Origin: an uncultured Rhodopirellula sp.
GTDB lineage: Bacteria; Planctomycetota; Planctomycetia; Pirellulales; Pirellulaceae
DNA length: 64,000 bases
Assembly (NCBI GenBank): GCA_964007735.1
Contig: CAXGAI010000009.1
Location: forward strand, 62,001 to 126,000
Direction of reading: 5' to 3'
The notes beneath the pieces are model-generated. The model saw only the letters and a list, made by a program, of their open reading frames with translations, had not been told where the DNA came from and did not search any database. The translations under genes were made by a program, and so were the position numbers. This document shows positions 7,229-16,917 of this stretch, in pieces (position 1 is the first letter of the stretch; every line of letters begins with the position of its first letter).

Positions 7229-9184
7229 TCAGTTACTCTCAGAGAGCAAGCTAATCACGAAATTTGGATTCGCATTGGCGAGTTTACCTTCCGACAGTAA
7301 CTGTTCCCATTCACGGATTGGGAGTGTCTGACGCTGGGGAATTTCTTCAGGCTTGTAAAGCAAAGTTTTAGTCGTGATTCGCTTCAGACGCTCAAACGTA
7401 ATCACTCGTGAAACGGTCACCTTAGACTTCAACTGCTGAACCATTTCATCCGCCACGCCTGCAAGCAATTGTTCATCATCATATTCTGACAAAAAGGATA
7501 AAACCTGCTGGGTCTTATCACCTGAATAAGAACTCAAAGCTGCTTCCATCAAACGACGACTAGCCATATCACGATGGTAATATTCTTGCAACAATCGAAC
7601 ATCCTGATACCAGAGTGCTCGATAATCTCGATTATCCAAAAGCCCCACTGCAGCGTTGGCAATCCCCAATTCCAATAAGCCATAAGCAGCCAAACGGCGA
7701 ACATTGATCAATCGATGGGCTTCATAAACTTGCTGTAACGATTCAATCAAATCATCAGAATCCGATAACCGATCAATAAACTCAGTACGCGCTTGTTCCA
7801 TAATTGAGTCCGACTCGAACCCGTTTGCCCAAGCAGGAAGACTCGAAGCTTGAGCCATCGACGTATTTCCTGAAAAGAACGTATAGACTGTAATACCTTC
7901 AGGATCGGCTTCCGATGCCTGCTGAACAGCCTCAAGCCCTGTGACCGTCACTGACTGACTGCAAAACAGACGCACTGCTCGATTTATTTGTCCATTGGCC
8001 AACTGAAATGGCACAGACTCTAAGGCAGCCACCGCGTAGGCACCGTTTAAGTCGAGATCAAACTCAGTCTCACCAGCCAGCAAACGAATTTTGAGATCAC
8101 TGTTGTCGCTGCCCTGAACAACAATCTTGCCATGATGTACCTGTAAGCCCAAACGAGCTTTCTCAATTAACGAGGACTCTACTTTCGTCGCACCGACAAG
8201 CGTTAACTTCACTCCATCATTGAATAATAATTCAGGACGGAAGCCTTCCAGTCCCAGAACAATCTCGCCAACGTTTATCGAACTGCCTGACACTAATCTA
8301 GTGACCATCCCGTCTGACGGTCGCAACAAGGGCTGGCTATCAGACAGCAGCTCCGCAAAAGATTCTTGAGTTGTAAAAACAGCCGCCGTCTTTTCTACGG
8401 TAACAACCTCTGGCATTGCTACCGTCTGAGTGATGTCTAGCCCTTCGGATACTGCTATAGGTTGGACAATATTTTCAGGTAATACATTCAATGTCTGATC
8501 ATCTTGCGTACTGTCGACTTGCTCTTTTTCATTCTTGGCACTATCGATATTGCCTGATTCAGCAGGATCACCAAACATGGAACCAACCCATGGATGTGTA
8601 TTATCGAATGGTCCAATAGCTCGTAAACCGATGATCATCATCAAACTAAGAAAGGTCATGATTACCGTGGCTTGCCAAAGAGGATGAGCTTTTTTCTTTA
8701 TATATTCGGGGACCCCAGCCGGCTTAGGTTCAATCAAGTTCTCTAGGACAGACTTTGGCTGGGATTCTGTCTCTGCCAACTCTTGGGTCTTGGCGAGAGA
8801 AGCTTCGACCATACTCAGTACGCGATCCCGCATTTCATTTTCGACTGTGACGGGTTGATCAATACAAATCGAAAGAATGCTGTGGCAGCAAGCCACTTCA
8901 CTGAGGAACATATCGGATTCAAGGCAAACCTTTTCAAATCCCGGAATACGTGTCTCATCCAACGTATTATCGAGATATTCAGCGACGGAATTTGGATCAC
9001 CGCCAATACCTCGACCATCCAGCGGCGGTGCATTCAAATTAGCTTTACGAGTCGAACTAAGAGTACGATAGACCAACTCACTGGCAAACTCACTTTCGCT
9101 AATCTTAGATCCCAATACCTCAGCGTCATTTGGTTCTAGAATATTGTCGAGATAAGCTAACATCGTCCGTAATGTTAATCGCAT
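7229..9184 (-). CDS. Conserved planctomycete-type membrane protein, anti-sigma/FecR-like
   Basis: N-terminal MRLTLRTMLAYLD..L and VAEYLDNTL motifs, single TM (ATVIMTFLSLMMIIGL), FecR-like beta region, helical C-terminus. Confidence 0.6.
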   Translation of the reverse strand: MRLTLRTMLAYLDNILEPNDAEVLGSKISESEFASELVYRTLSSTRKANLNAPPLDGRGIGGDPNSVAEYLDNTLDETRIPGFEKVCLESDMFLSEVACCHSILSICIDQPVTVENEMRDRVLSMVEASLAKTQELAETESQPKSVLENLIEPKPAGVPEYIKKKAHPLWQATVIMTFLSLMMIIGLRAIGPFDNTHPWVGSMFGDPAESGNIDSAKNEKEQVDSTQDDQTLNVLPENIVQPIAVSEGLDITQTVAMPEVVTVEKTAAVFTTQESFAELLSDSQPLLRPSDGMVTRLVSGSSINVGEIVLGLEGFRPELLFNDGVKLTLVGATKVESSLIEKARLGLQVHHGKIVVQGSDNSDLKIRLLAGETEFDLDLNGAYAVAALESVPFQLANGQINRAVRLFCSQSVTVTGLEAVQQASEADPEGITVYTFFSGNTSMAQASSLPAWANGFESDSIMEQARTEFIDRLSDSDDLIESLQQVYEAHRLINVRRLAAYGLLELGIANAAVGLLDNRDYRALWYQDVRLLQEYYHRDMASRRLMEAALSSYSGDKTQQVLSFLSEYDDEQLLAGVADEMVQQLKSKVTVSRVITFERLKRITTKTLLYKPEEIPQRQTLPIREWEQLLSEGKLANANPNFVISLLSESN

Positions 9185-9351
9185 GGCTGAACCTGTTCTT
9201 TCCATGAATCCATTTAGATTGTTTTCTGCCTATTGCACTTCCGTGCACAAAAGGCTCTATAGTATTAGTGGTAAGTTCTTCCTAAATCCGTACAATTTTC
9301 TGGAAAGATTCCTTTAATTTCCATCGTTGTTCATAAACACAAAAACCTCCT

Positions 9352-10671
9352 GTGAATTCACTGTTTGAAGCGTCCGAACAATCCAATCTGGAGCGAGCCA
9401 AGCCTCTGGCTGCTCGAATGCGCCCGACAAATCTAACTGAATTCGTAGGTCAGCAGCATTTTTTAGGAGAAGGCAAGTTACTAAGTCGACTTTTACAGGC
9501 CGACCGACTCGGATCGGTTATTTTTTTCGGTCCACCTGGCTGTGGCAAAACGACACTAGCTCAGCTGCTTGCCACTGAAACCAAAAGCACATTTTGTCAG
9601 CTGAGTGCTGTTACCAGCGGCGTCAAAGATCTTCGGGAGGTTCTCGAGACCGCTCAAAATGAACTGCGATCGGGTGGTTCTCGTACTTTGCTGTTTATCG
9701 ATGAAATCCACCGCTTTAACAAAGCTCAGCAGGATGCCCTGCTACCTGATGTAGAAAACGGTGTCATCACTCTAGTCGGAGCCACAACCTCTAATCCGTT
9801 CTTTGCTGTCAATAACGCTCTCACAAGCCGAAGTACAATCTTTCAGTTCGAACCATTGGCCGTAGACGACATCGAGCCATTACTTGACCGTGCATTAAAC
9901 GATCAATTTCGAGGTCTTGGGCGATATGACGTGACTTTAACAGAGGATGCCCGAACGTTTATTGCGGAAGTATCAGATGGTGATGCCCGACGAGCACTAT
10001 CCATCCTGGAAATCGGAGTGCTCTCGAGCGACAAATTTCCGCTTGAATTTAATCGCGCCCTTGCTGAGGAATCGATTCAACGCAAGGCGATGCAATATGA
10101 TGCGGGCGGCGACGAACATTACGATGTGGCCAGTGCATTGATTAAGAGTATCCGCGGGAGTGATGTTGATGCCGGTATTTACTGGCTCGCGCGTATGCTG
10201 GAAGGTGGGGAAGACATACGCTTTGTTTGCCGTCGATTGGTTATCCTTGCCAGCGAAGACATTGGAAATGCCGACCCACATGCCCTCTCTGTAGCGGTCG
10301 CCTGCATGCAGGCATGCGAGTTCATTGGTCTGCCTGAGTGCCAGCTTACCCTCTGCCAAACCGTTGCTTACTTAGCATGTGCACCCAAATCAAACGCCTC
10401 AACAGTTGCAATCAATGAAGCTCGCAGCGACATTCGTAACGGCCGAACGGTGCCCGTGCCGCGAGCATTACGCGATAAACATTATTCAGGAGCAAAGCAG
10501 TTTGGTCATGGCGAAGGCTATAAGTACGCCCATAATCATGATGATGGGATTGCAACGTTTGATTATCTGGGAGTCGATAAGCAATACTACAATCCGGTCA
10601 ATCGCGGGTTTGAAGCTGAGCTAAGTCGCCGACTGGAAGAAATACGAAAAAAACTGCGCGGCAATACGTAG
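9352..10671 (+). CDS. rarA: Replication-associated recombination protein A (MgsA/RarA AAA+ ATPase)
   Basis: PLAARMRP, GPPGCGKTT, FIDEIHRFNKAQQD, SALIKSIRGSD, ASEDIGNAD. Confidence 0.96.
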   Translation: MNSLFEASEQSNLERAKPLAARMRPTNLTEFVGQQHFLGEGKLLSRLLQADRLGSVIFFGPPGCGKTTLAQLLATETKSTFCQLSAVTSGVKDLREVLETAQNELRSGGSRTLLFIDEIHRFNKAQQDALLPDVENGVITLVGATTSNPFFAVNNALTSRSTIFQFEPLAVDDIEPLLDRALNDQFRGLGRYDVTLTEDARTFIAEVSDGDARRALSILEIGVLSSDKFPLEFNRALAEESIQRKAMQYDAGGDEHYDVASALIKSIRGSDVDAGIYWLARMLEGGEDIRFVCRRLVILASEDIGNADPHALSVAVACMQACEFIGLPECQLTLCQTVAYLACAPKSNASTVAINEARSDIRNGRTVPVPRALRDKHYSGAKQFGHGEGYKYAHNHDDGIATFDYLGVDKQYYNPVNRGFEAELSRRLEEIRKKLRGNT

Positions 10672-10712
10672 CTCATTTGGCAATGATGAGTGTTTGTAAT
10701 AATTTGCCGAGT

Positions 10713-12125
10713 TTAGCGGATGGTTACCTGACTACCAGCACTCAAAATGTAATAGACATCCCGGGCATCCACTGGATTGAGCTTGATGCTACCTAGTCCT
10801 GCCTTGCGAACGGCAGCATCCTGAGTCTGCGTATGAAGGCTGACATTTCCACCCAGGTCCATCCAGTATTTACCATATGGATTATTCACAGCACCACCCT
10901 GAATAATCGACCCGTCAGCAGCATAATAGCTACGATCTTGTTGTTTGTCTAAGACGGAGTATTGACCAGCCTGGCCTTTGAATTCACGGCCTACTTCGAC
11001 CTGAAATCGACCGGCGTAAAGCGAACCAACAAATAAAGTCAATTTCTGTTCGTTGACATTCACTTCACCGCGAAAAGGTCCCTGAACAATCTTTAATTCA
11101 TCGCCTGCTTTTAAGGTGGATGGGTCCCGTAGGCCATTGATATTAGCCAACAGCTGAGGAGGAACTCGCAGTTGGAATGCAATCGACTCCAGTGAATCGT
11201 TCGGGCCGACAGTGTAGGCTTCAAATAAGTAATGTTTTCGAGAATAGACAACTTCACCCGCCAAATAGTCGAGTACCGGTAGTAATTGCTTATGTTGCTC
11301 GGGATTCAAGCCAGCACTGCTGTAATAAGCCGACAGTGCCTGTAAAGCTTCACGCAGATAGCCCGTTTCAATTTGTTGCTGAGCAGCTGCCCAAGCGGTG
11401 GCGAAAGCCGAAGGAGTGGAAATTGAGTTTTGCTCCGCCTGATTGTTAGCTGGTGCCACATTGCCGTCATTGAAAGCCGGCGTTTCAAGCTGACTTTGAG
11501 AACCAATGTTGTCATCTAAATGAAATGCGTCATCTTCATTAGTTGGAACGGAGGGAGTAGCCGAGGCAATAGGGAACGCGTCTTTTGTATCGGTGGCTGT
11601 CACAGCGGGAAAGGCGTCCCCTCCATCAATCGGTGGAAATTCACCACCACTTGATTCTGGAACAGAAAAGGCATCGGTGGTGGTTTCCTGATTAATCACA
11701 AATTGAGAGTTGTCTATAGATTCTCCCGCGTCAATGTCAGTGTCCACTGTATCAATCAATGGATTTTCGACGTCGCTCTTATCTGCCGTGTCTTCTAAGA
11801 CAGCCGTTTCCATAGGAGGTTCAGTAGGCATTGCCACCGTTCCCTCACTAAGCTGCCCTGCCGCTGGAGATTCAAATTGACCATTATCAGCCGCAGTCGC
11901 TGTCGAACTTTCTTCTGCGAGACCAGAATCGCTATCCAAACCATTGAGAAGATCCTCAGCCGAGATTTCGGTTCCAAGGTCCAATTCCAAACTGTCTGGC
12001 AGGTCACTTGTGTCCTTAGTCACCTCTGGAGGCGGAGTATCTGGTCTCGTGTAAATGACGTGATAAGCGCCAAATAAAATGACAACCATAAAGGTAAAGA
12101 TAAATAGTGTTTTGACCTTTTGCAT
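10713..12125 (-). CDS. Membrane-anchored LysM + L,D-transpeptidase (YkuD)-like protein
   Basis: N-terminal TM, acidic linker, LysM (YTVGPNDSLESIA...LANINGL), YkuD-like GPF...NNPYGKYWMDL...SLH...GSIKL. Confidence 0.85.
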   Translation of the reverse strand: MQKVKTLFIFTFMVVILFGAYHVIYTRPDTPPPEVTKDTSDLPDSLELDLGTEISAEDLLNGLDSDSGLAEESSTATAADNGQFESPAAGQLSEGTVAMPTEPPMETAVLEDTADKSDVENPLIDTVDTDIDAGESIDNSQFVINQETTTDAFSVPESSGGEFPPIDGGDAFPAVTATDTKDAFPIASATPSVPTNEDDAFHLDDNIGSQSQLETPAFNDGNVAPANNQAEQNSISTPSAFATAWAAAQQQIETGYLREALQALSAYYSSAGLNPEQHKQLLPVLDYLAGEVVYSRKHYLFEAYTVGPNDSLESIAFQLRVPPQLLANINGLRDPSTLKAGDELKIVQGPFRGEVNVNEQKLTLFVGSLYAGRFQVEVGREFKGQAGQYSVLDKQQDRSYYAADGSIIQGGAVNNPYGKYWMDLGGNVSLHTQTQDAAVRKAGLGSIKLNPVDARDVYYILSAGSQVTIR

Positions 12126-12250
12126 TTTCGTCCTCCCTGACGAAAACTTGTGTTCGTTAGAATGTATCTAGCTGGAATGAACCATCATTATCGATTCGAG
12201 TCCGTCTAAACAGAATATAAACGCATTTTTCCAACCCAACTCAATTACCT

Positions 12251-12514
12251 ATGCAATACGAAGAAGAGTTTGAAAATGATTACGACGAATGGTCCGAACC
12301 CGATATTTGGGATGACGAATCCACCGAAGTTTTGGCCTGTCCTGAATGTGGTGAAGAGGTTTACGAATTCGCTGACGTGTGCCCTGCCTGCGGGATGTTC
12401 ATCACCCCTTCAGCGGATGCTTACAACCCCTGGCAAGGCCGTCCCGTTTGGTGGGTCGCCTTAGCCATTCTTGGAGTTGTGGGATTCCTAATTTCCCTGC
12501 AACTGCTGTTTTAG
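12251..12514 (+). CDS. Small zinc-ribbon membrane protein
   Basis: CPECG...CPACG plus a C-terminal TM helix. Confidence 0.75.
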   Translation: MQYEEEFENDYDEWSEPDIWDDESTEVLACPECGEEVYEFADVCPACGMFITPSADAYNPWQGRPVWWVALAILGVVGFLISLQLLF

Positions 12515-12787
12515 CCAGGTTTTATATTGTCAAGCAATGCGTAACCTCATTCCCGCCCAGCGAATTTACAACTCTCCTCACACTACAAAGTTTAAAAACT
12601 AACTAATCGCCGAGGAGAAGCTGCTAACAAGCTTTTATATATCACGTACATTCACTCAAAATATTACGAGAAAACCACACATTGTGAAAATACCGATTCA
12701 GGCAAAGATGCAAATAAAATGAATTGATATTTTGTGCTTTTTTGAAAAGAGGATACCTGTTGTCATCCTAATGAGCTGAACGCAGAC

Positions 12788-13336
12788 CTACTCAAGCGAG
12801 ATGCCGAAATCTTCGATCGTGAGAAGCGTTTGTAACTCATATCCCTTCGCAGCAAACGCTTCGCGGCCTCCCGAAAGGCGATCTATAATTGCAATTACAC
12901 GTTCGACCTTGAGGCCAGCTGCTTCAACATGCTCGATTGCCTTCAAGCTGCTACCACCGGTTGTAACAACATCCTCCACGATAATAACACGGTCCCCGGA
13001 GACTACAGGGCCTTCCACTTGATTTCCTTTACCATGGCCTTTCGCTTCCTTGCGAACAATGAATCCGCGAAGCGACTTACCCTGCATATCAGCTTCGGTC
13101 AGAATCGAAGCGGTAATCGGATCAGCTCCAATGGCCATCCCACCGATGGCATCTGGAAGTTCATCACCGAGCAATTGCAAAATTCCCTGAGCTACGAGAC
13201 GAGCACCACGCGAATCAAGAGTAACTTTACGACAGTCTAAATAGAAACTCGCCTTCTTACCTGAAGCCAGAACAAAATCTCCGAATTCAAGCGCTTTCTC
13301 ACGAACAACCTCTTTAAGTGCTTCTTTGGAATACAT
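12788..13336 (-). CDS. pyrE: Orotate phosphoribosyltransferase
   Basis: GDFVLASGKKASFYLD, VRKEAKGHG, IVEDVVTTGGS. Confidence 0.96.
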   Translation of the reverse strand: MYSKEALKEVVREKALEFGDFVLASGKKASFYLDCRKVTLDSRGARLVAQGILQLLGDELPDAIGGMAIGADPITASILTEADMQGKSLRGFIVRKEAKGHGKGNQVEGPVVSGDRVIIVEDVVTTGGSSLKAIEHVEAAGLKVERVIAIIDRLSGGREAFAAKGYELQTLLTIEDFGISLE

Positions 13337-13558
13337 GACCTTCCAAACCTCCATGCTTTTGATGAATTCTGTAAAACGGCAGCTTGTCCTACAGTTTAAT
13401 ACGTCAGGTGCAGCGTTAACAGCAGACGGAGGTCCCGATCCGATTTCATCCAAAAACGAACCCGAGATTTTCCAAAATTAACGTTATGAGTTGGTCATCA
13501 ACCTAGACTCAAAATAGGATCGCTAAACAACATCAAAGAACGGGGAAGTTAACCCCAG

Positions 13559-14332
13559 CTAGGCGTTAGCATTGGCACGCGCTTCACGCAAGCCACGACT
13601 CAGGATGTCTCGCAGCATCGGTGAGTAATCTTCATAACGAGTTTCGTCCGGAGCACCAGACGCGAATTGATAAATAGCATCTCGAGGTTTCAAGCCTAGA
13701 GCCAAAAGTGTTGAACTGACGGTTCCCCGGTCATTACTGCGAAGCACCATACTTGGTCGCATTGGTGAAACCGGGCTACGAGCAAAGACCTTACTAGCAA
13801 CAGCGAGGAACTTTACCGATGAATCCAGTGTTTGAAGCGTCAGCAAACGACTGGCTAAGTGGCAACGTTCATCCCGAGGATCATTCAGGTTGCGATTACC
13901 GATGACATTAAGCCCTTCCTTAAGTGGAACAACTTCAGGTTCATCCGTACCATGTACAGCCCAACCTGTTTCTCCGTCAGCAATAATGTAATTGACACCC
14001 TCATATCGCTTACTCAATAACTCATCCATCGCTAAACCAACCGCTTCCTGAGCGGAAGCACTGCGAAGTAATTCACGACACAGTACTCCTCGCGAACGTG
14101 GTACCACTGGTGGAATCAGTTTCCGTCGATTACAGGCAGCGACAAATAAACCGTGTTGATTAACGCCCAACCAGGTTCCTCCAGCCTGTTGGTCAACACC
14201 ACTCAGAATGCGGGGTTTTCCGGACTGAATAGAAGGAGTTGTACTTGGGCGGTCGTAAAATTCGTCTCGGTTAGCAGCAACCAAAATTGGTGCTTCCGGC
14301 ACCGATTTATATTGAATGGCAAGAATGCACAT
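13559..14332 (-). CDS. NRDE/TANGO2 family protein
   Basis: MCIL...AANRDEFYDRP, GGTWLGVN, SRG, GTVSST. Confidence 0.92.
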   Translation of the reverse strand: MCILAIQYKSVPEAPILVAANRDEFYDRPSTTPSIQSGKPRILSGVDQQAGGTWLGVNQHGLFVAACNRRKLIPPVVPRSRGVLCRELLRSASAQEAVGLAMDELLSKRYEGVNYIIADGETGWAVHGTDEPEVVPLKEGLNVIGNRNLNDPRDERCHLASRLLTLQTLDSSVKFLAVASKVFARSPVSPMRPSMVLRSNDRGTVSSTLLALGLKPRDAIYQFASGAPDETRYEDYSPMLRDILSRGLREARANANA

Positions 14333-14639
14333 ATATCGTCTTGATTTTAATGAGCTTTTACAGCGAGCAACCTGTTGTCTTCCTCACAATGGGCTACATT
14401 CGCATTCGTCTAAAGAACTCAACATAATTCCACCCTCTCAAGTCAAACACCCTATTTCGGGGGGTATCATTAAAATTAATTACTCTTCAGCCAGTAAATA
14501 CTAAGCTCAAGGGTGTGTTGGTGACTCAAACAACGCATTAAACTGCTTTATACGTCTCTGTTTCAGGGTATTAGCCCGAGAACCGGCCATCATTATTTAT
14601 CTTTTAATTTGATCCTATTTACACTCGGAATTCACCGCT

Positions 14640-15755
14640 ATGTCGACATCTTCAAACCGTATTCGTATCGCTATTATTGGTGCAGGCGCTGTCAGCGACT
14701 ATCACCATGTGCCGGGGATCAATATCGATCCGCGAGCCGAGTTAGTTGCTGCCTGTGATATGAGTGAAGCGCTTTTGGAGCAACGCAAAAGCGATTGGGG
14801 GATCGACAAAGTAACGACTGATTTCAACCAAATCTGTGAAGATCCGGATATCGATGCGGTCATCATTGCAACTCCCAACTTTACTCATCACGAACAAGCG
14901 ATCGCGGCCGCCAAAGGCGGAAAGCATATCATGTGTGAGAAGCCACTGGCGCTCAACGCTCAACAGGTGCGCGAAATGCGAGATGCGGCGGTAGAAGCAG
15001 GGGTAGTTCACATGACAGCCTTTACTTACCGATTTGCACCTTCAATGCGTTACATTCATCATCTGGTGCAATCAGGAGCAATCGGTCAACCTCGACATTT
15101 CCGTAGCCAGCGATTCCTAGACTGGCCTGAAACTAGCTGGGGTTGGCGACAATACAAAAAGACTGCGGGGGCTGGTGACCTCTTCGACATGACGATTCAC
15201 CGCATAGACTTTGCCATGGACCTCATGGGAAAAATCGATCGACTCTGTGGTGGTGTTGCCCAATTCTGCCCTCGCGATGTAACAGTCGACGGTCAGGAAT
15301 GTCCTCCTTCAGACGTGGATGATTGGTCAGCCTTAATTGGGGTCTTCGCAAACGGAGGTGTTGGAGTATGGGAAGGCACGACGGTCGCCAAAGGTTACGG
15401 TTTTAATGGCTTTGGTCATGAACTTGCTGAGATTAACGGTTCAGAAGCAACCGTACGCTATCGTCTGCATGAACCCAACAAGATCTGGCTTGGGCGTACA
15501 GGCGAAGATGTGGCACCGGTCGAGGTCCCGGAAGAGTTTCTCAAACCTGCCGATAGCCCTCGCGACCCTCACCAAGGCAAACCTGCTGATGTCTTCCGCT
15601 ACGACTTAGTTTGGGAATTCTGTTCAGCGATTTCCGAAGGCCGTGATGCTATGCCTAGTTTTGATCATGGTCTCAATGCTCAAATCATTGCCGACGCAGT
15701 ACTGGAATCCAATCAAAACGCAAGCTGGATCGACGTTGCTGACCGACTCGTCTAA
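14640..15755 (+). CDS. Gfo/Idh/MocA family oxidoreductase
   Basis: IAIIGAG, IATPNFTH, GKHIMCEKP, D..IH.ID. Confidence 0.92.
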   Translation: MSTSSNRIRIAIIGAGAVSDYHHVPGINIDPRAELVAACDMSEALLEQRKSDWGIDKVTTDFNQICEDPDIDAVIIATPNFTHHEQAIAAAKGGKHIMCEKPLALNAQQVREMRDAAVEAGVVHMTAFTYRFAPSMRYIHHLVQSGAIGQPRHFRSQRFLDWPETSWGWRQYKKTAGAGDLFDMTIHRIDFAMDLMGKIDRLCGGVAQFCPRDVTVDGQECPPSDVDDWSALIGVFANGGVGVWEGTTVAKGYGFNGFGHELAEINGSEATVRYRLHEPNKIWLGRTGEDVAPVEVPEEFLKPADSPRDPHQGKPADVFRYDLVWEFCSAISEGRDAMPSFDHGLNAQIIADAVLESNQNASWIDVADRLV

Positions 15756-15807
15756 TTCCCTTGCGTTTCTCCCGCTATCCGAATTCTCTTCCTAACAAGC
15801 AATCTGC

Positions 15808-16869
15808 ATGAGCGATCATCACGTCCAACCCGAAGCTAATACTGTTAACCAAGACAGGATTGTCGTGGCTTCGAAAAGTCGTCAGGTAAATTCGTTAACG
15901 GGTGTACAAATCCTGGCCTCTGGGTGTTATGCGCCTGAAAACGTTATTGCGAATGAGGCCTTAGCCGAACTTGGCTATGACGCGGACTGGATCATTCAAC
16001 GCACGGGAATCCAATCCCGCTGTCGCGCGGGTGAAGACCAGGCCTGCAGTGATATCGCATATGAAGCGGCTCGCCGCTGCCTGGAGAACGGTAAGATCAA
16101 TGCATCCGACATTGATCTGATTCTACTGGCAACGATTACCCCCGATCAGCCAACACCATCAACCGCTTGCCACGTACAACGCATGCTTGGCTCCAACGCT
16201 CCCGCAATGGACTTAGGAGCCGCATGTTCTGGATTTATGTACGCTCTGGTTACCGGCATGCAATTCATTAAGACCGGCACCTACCAGCGAGTACTAATCA
16301 TCGGTGCCGACCTCATGAGCCGCACAGTGAATCCGGCAGACACAAAAACATTTCCGCTGTTCGGTGACGGAGCCGGAGCCGTGGTCATTGGACCAGGCAG
16401 CGATGAGCAGGGCTTTGTCTCGTACACCCTGGGAGCCGACGGGCACGGGGCCGAACTTCTCGAACAACCTGCTGGCGGAACACGATGTCCGGCCACTGCG
16501 GAAACGATTGCTCAAAATTTACAGTATTTACAGATGGATGGCAGAAGCGTTTTCAAATGGGCAATCCGCACACTCTCTGATTCAGTCAATCAGGTCCTTG
16601 ATGCTGCGAGTCTGACGGCTGACGATATCGACCTGACAATTTTCCATCAGGCTAACATCCGAATTATTGACGCGGCTGCCAATGACCTTGGCCTGCCATC
16701 TGATAAAGTCTTCGTCAACCTGGATAAATACGGAAACACTTCGGCCGCCAGTATCCCACTGGCACTCGCTGAAGCCGTCGAACAGCAGTTAGTCACGTCG
16801 GGCCAAAACCTATTAATCAGCGGTTTTGGGGCTGGACTGGCATGGGGAGCCGGTGTTTGGCGTTGGTAA
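15808..16869 (+). CDS. fabH: Beta-ketoacyl-ACP synthase III
   Basis: Catalytic C-H-N: AACSGF, FHQAN, YGNTSAAS; also WIIQRTGI. Confidence 0.93.
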   Translation: MSDHHVQPEANTVNQDRIVVASKSRQVNSLTGVQILASGCYAPENVIANEALAELGYDADWIIQRTGIQSRCRAGEDQACSDIAYEAARRCLENGKINASDIDLILLATITPDQPTPSTACHVQRMLGSNAPAMDLGAACSGFMYALVTGMQFIKTGTYQRVLIIGADLMSRTVNPADTKTFPLFGDGAGAVVIGPGSDEQGFVSYTLGADGHGAELLEQPAGGTRCPATAETIAQNLQYLQMDGRSVFKWAIRTLSDSVNQVLDAASLTADDIDLTIFHQANIRIIDAAANDLGLPSDKVFVNLDKYGNTSAASIPLALAEAVEQQLVTSGQNLLISGFGAGLAWGAGVWRW

Positions 16870-16917
16870 TAAACCTCCCTCATAAAAGTTAACTATCGTT
16901 TTTAGGTGAATATTCTC

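Noticed and set aside
12515..12787. Convergent AT-rich spacer with TCTCCTC/GAGGAGA inverted repeat
   Set aside because: Short arms with a long loop; no further support
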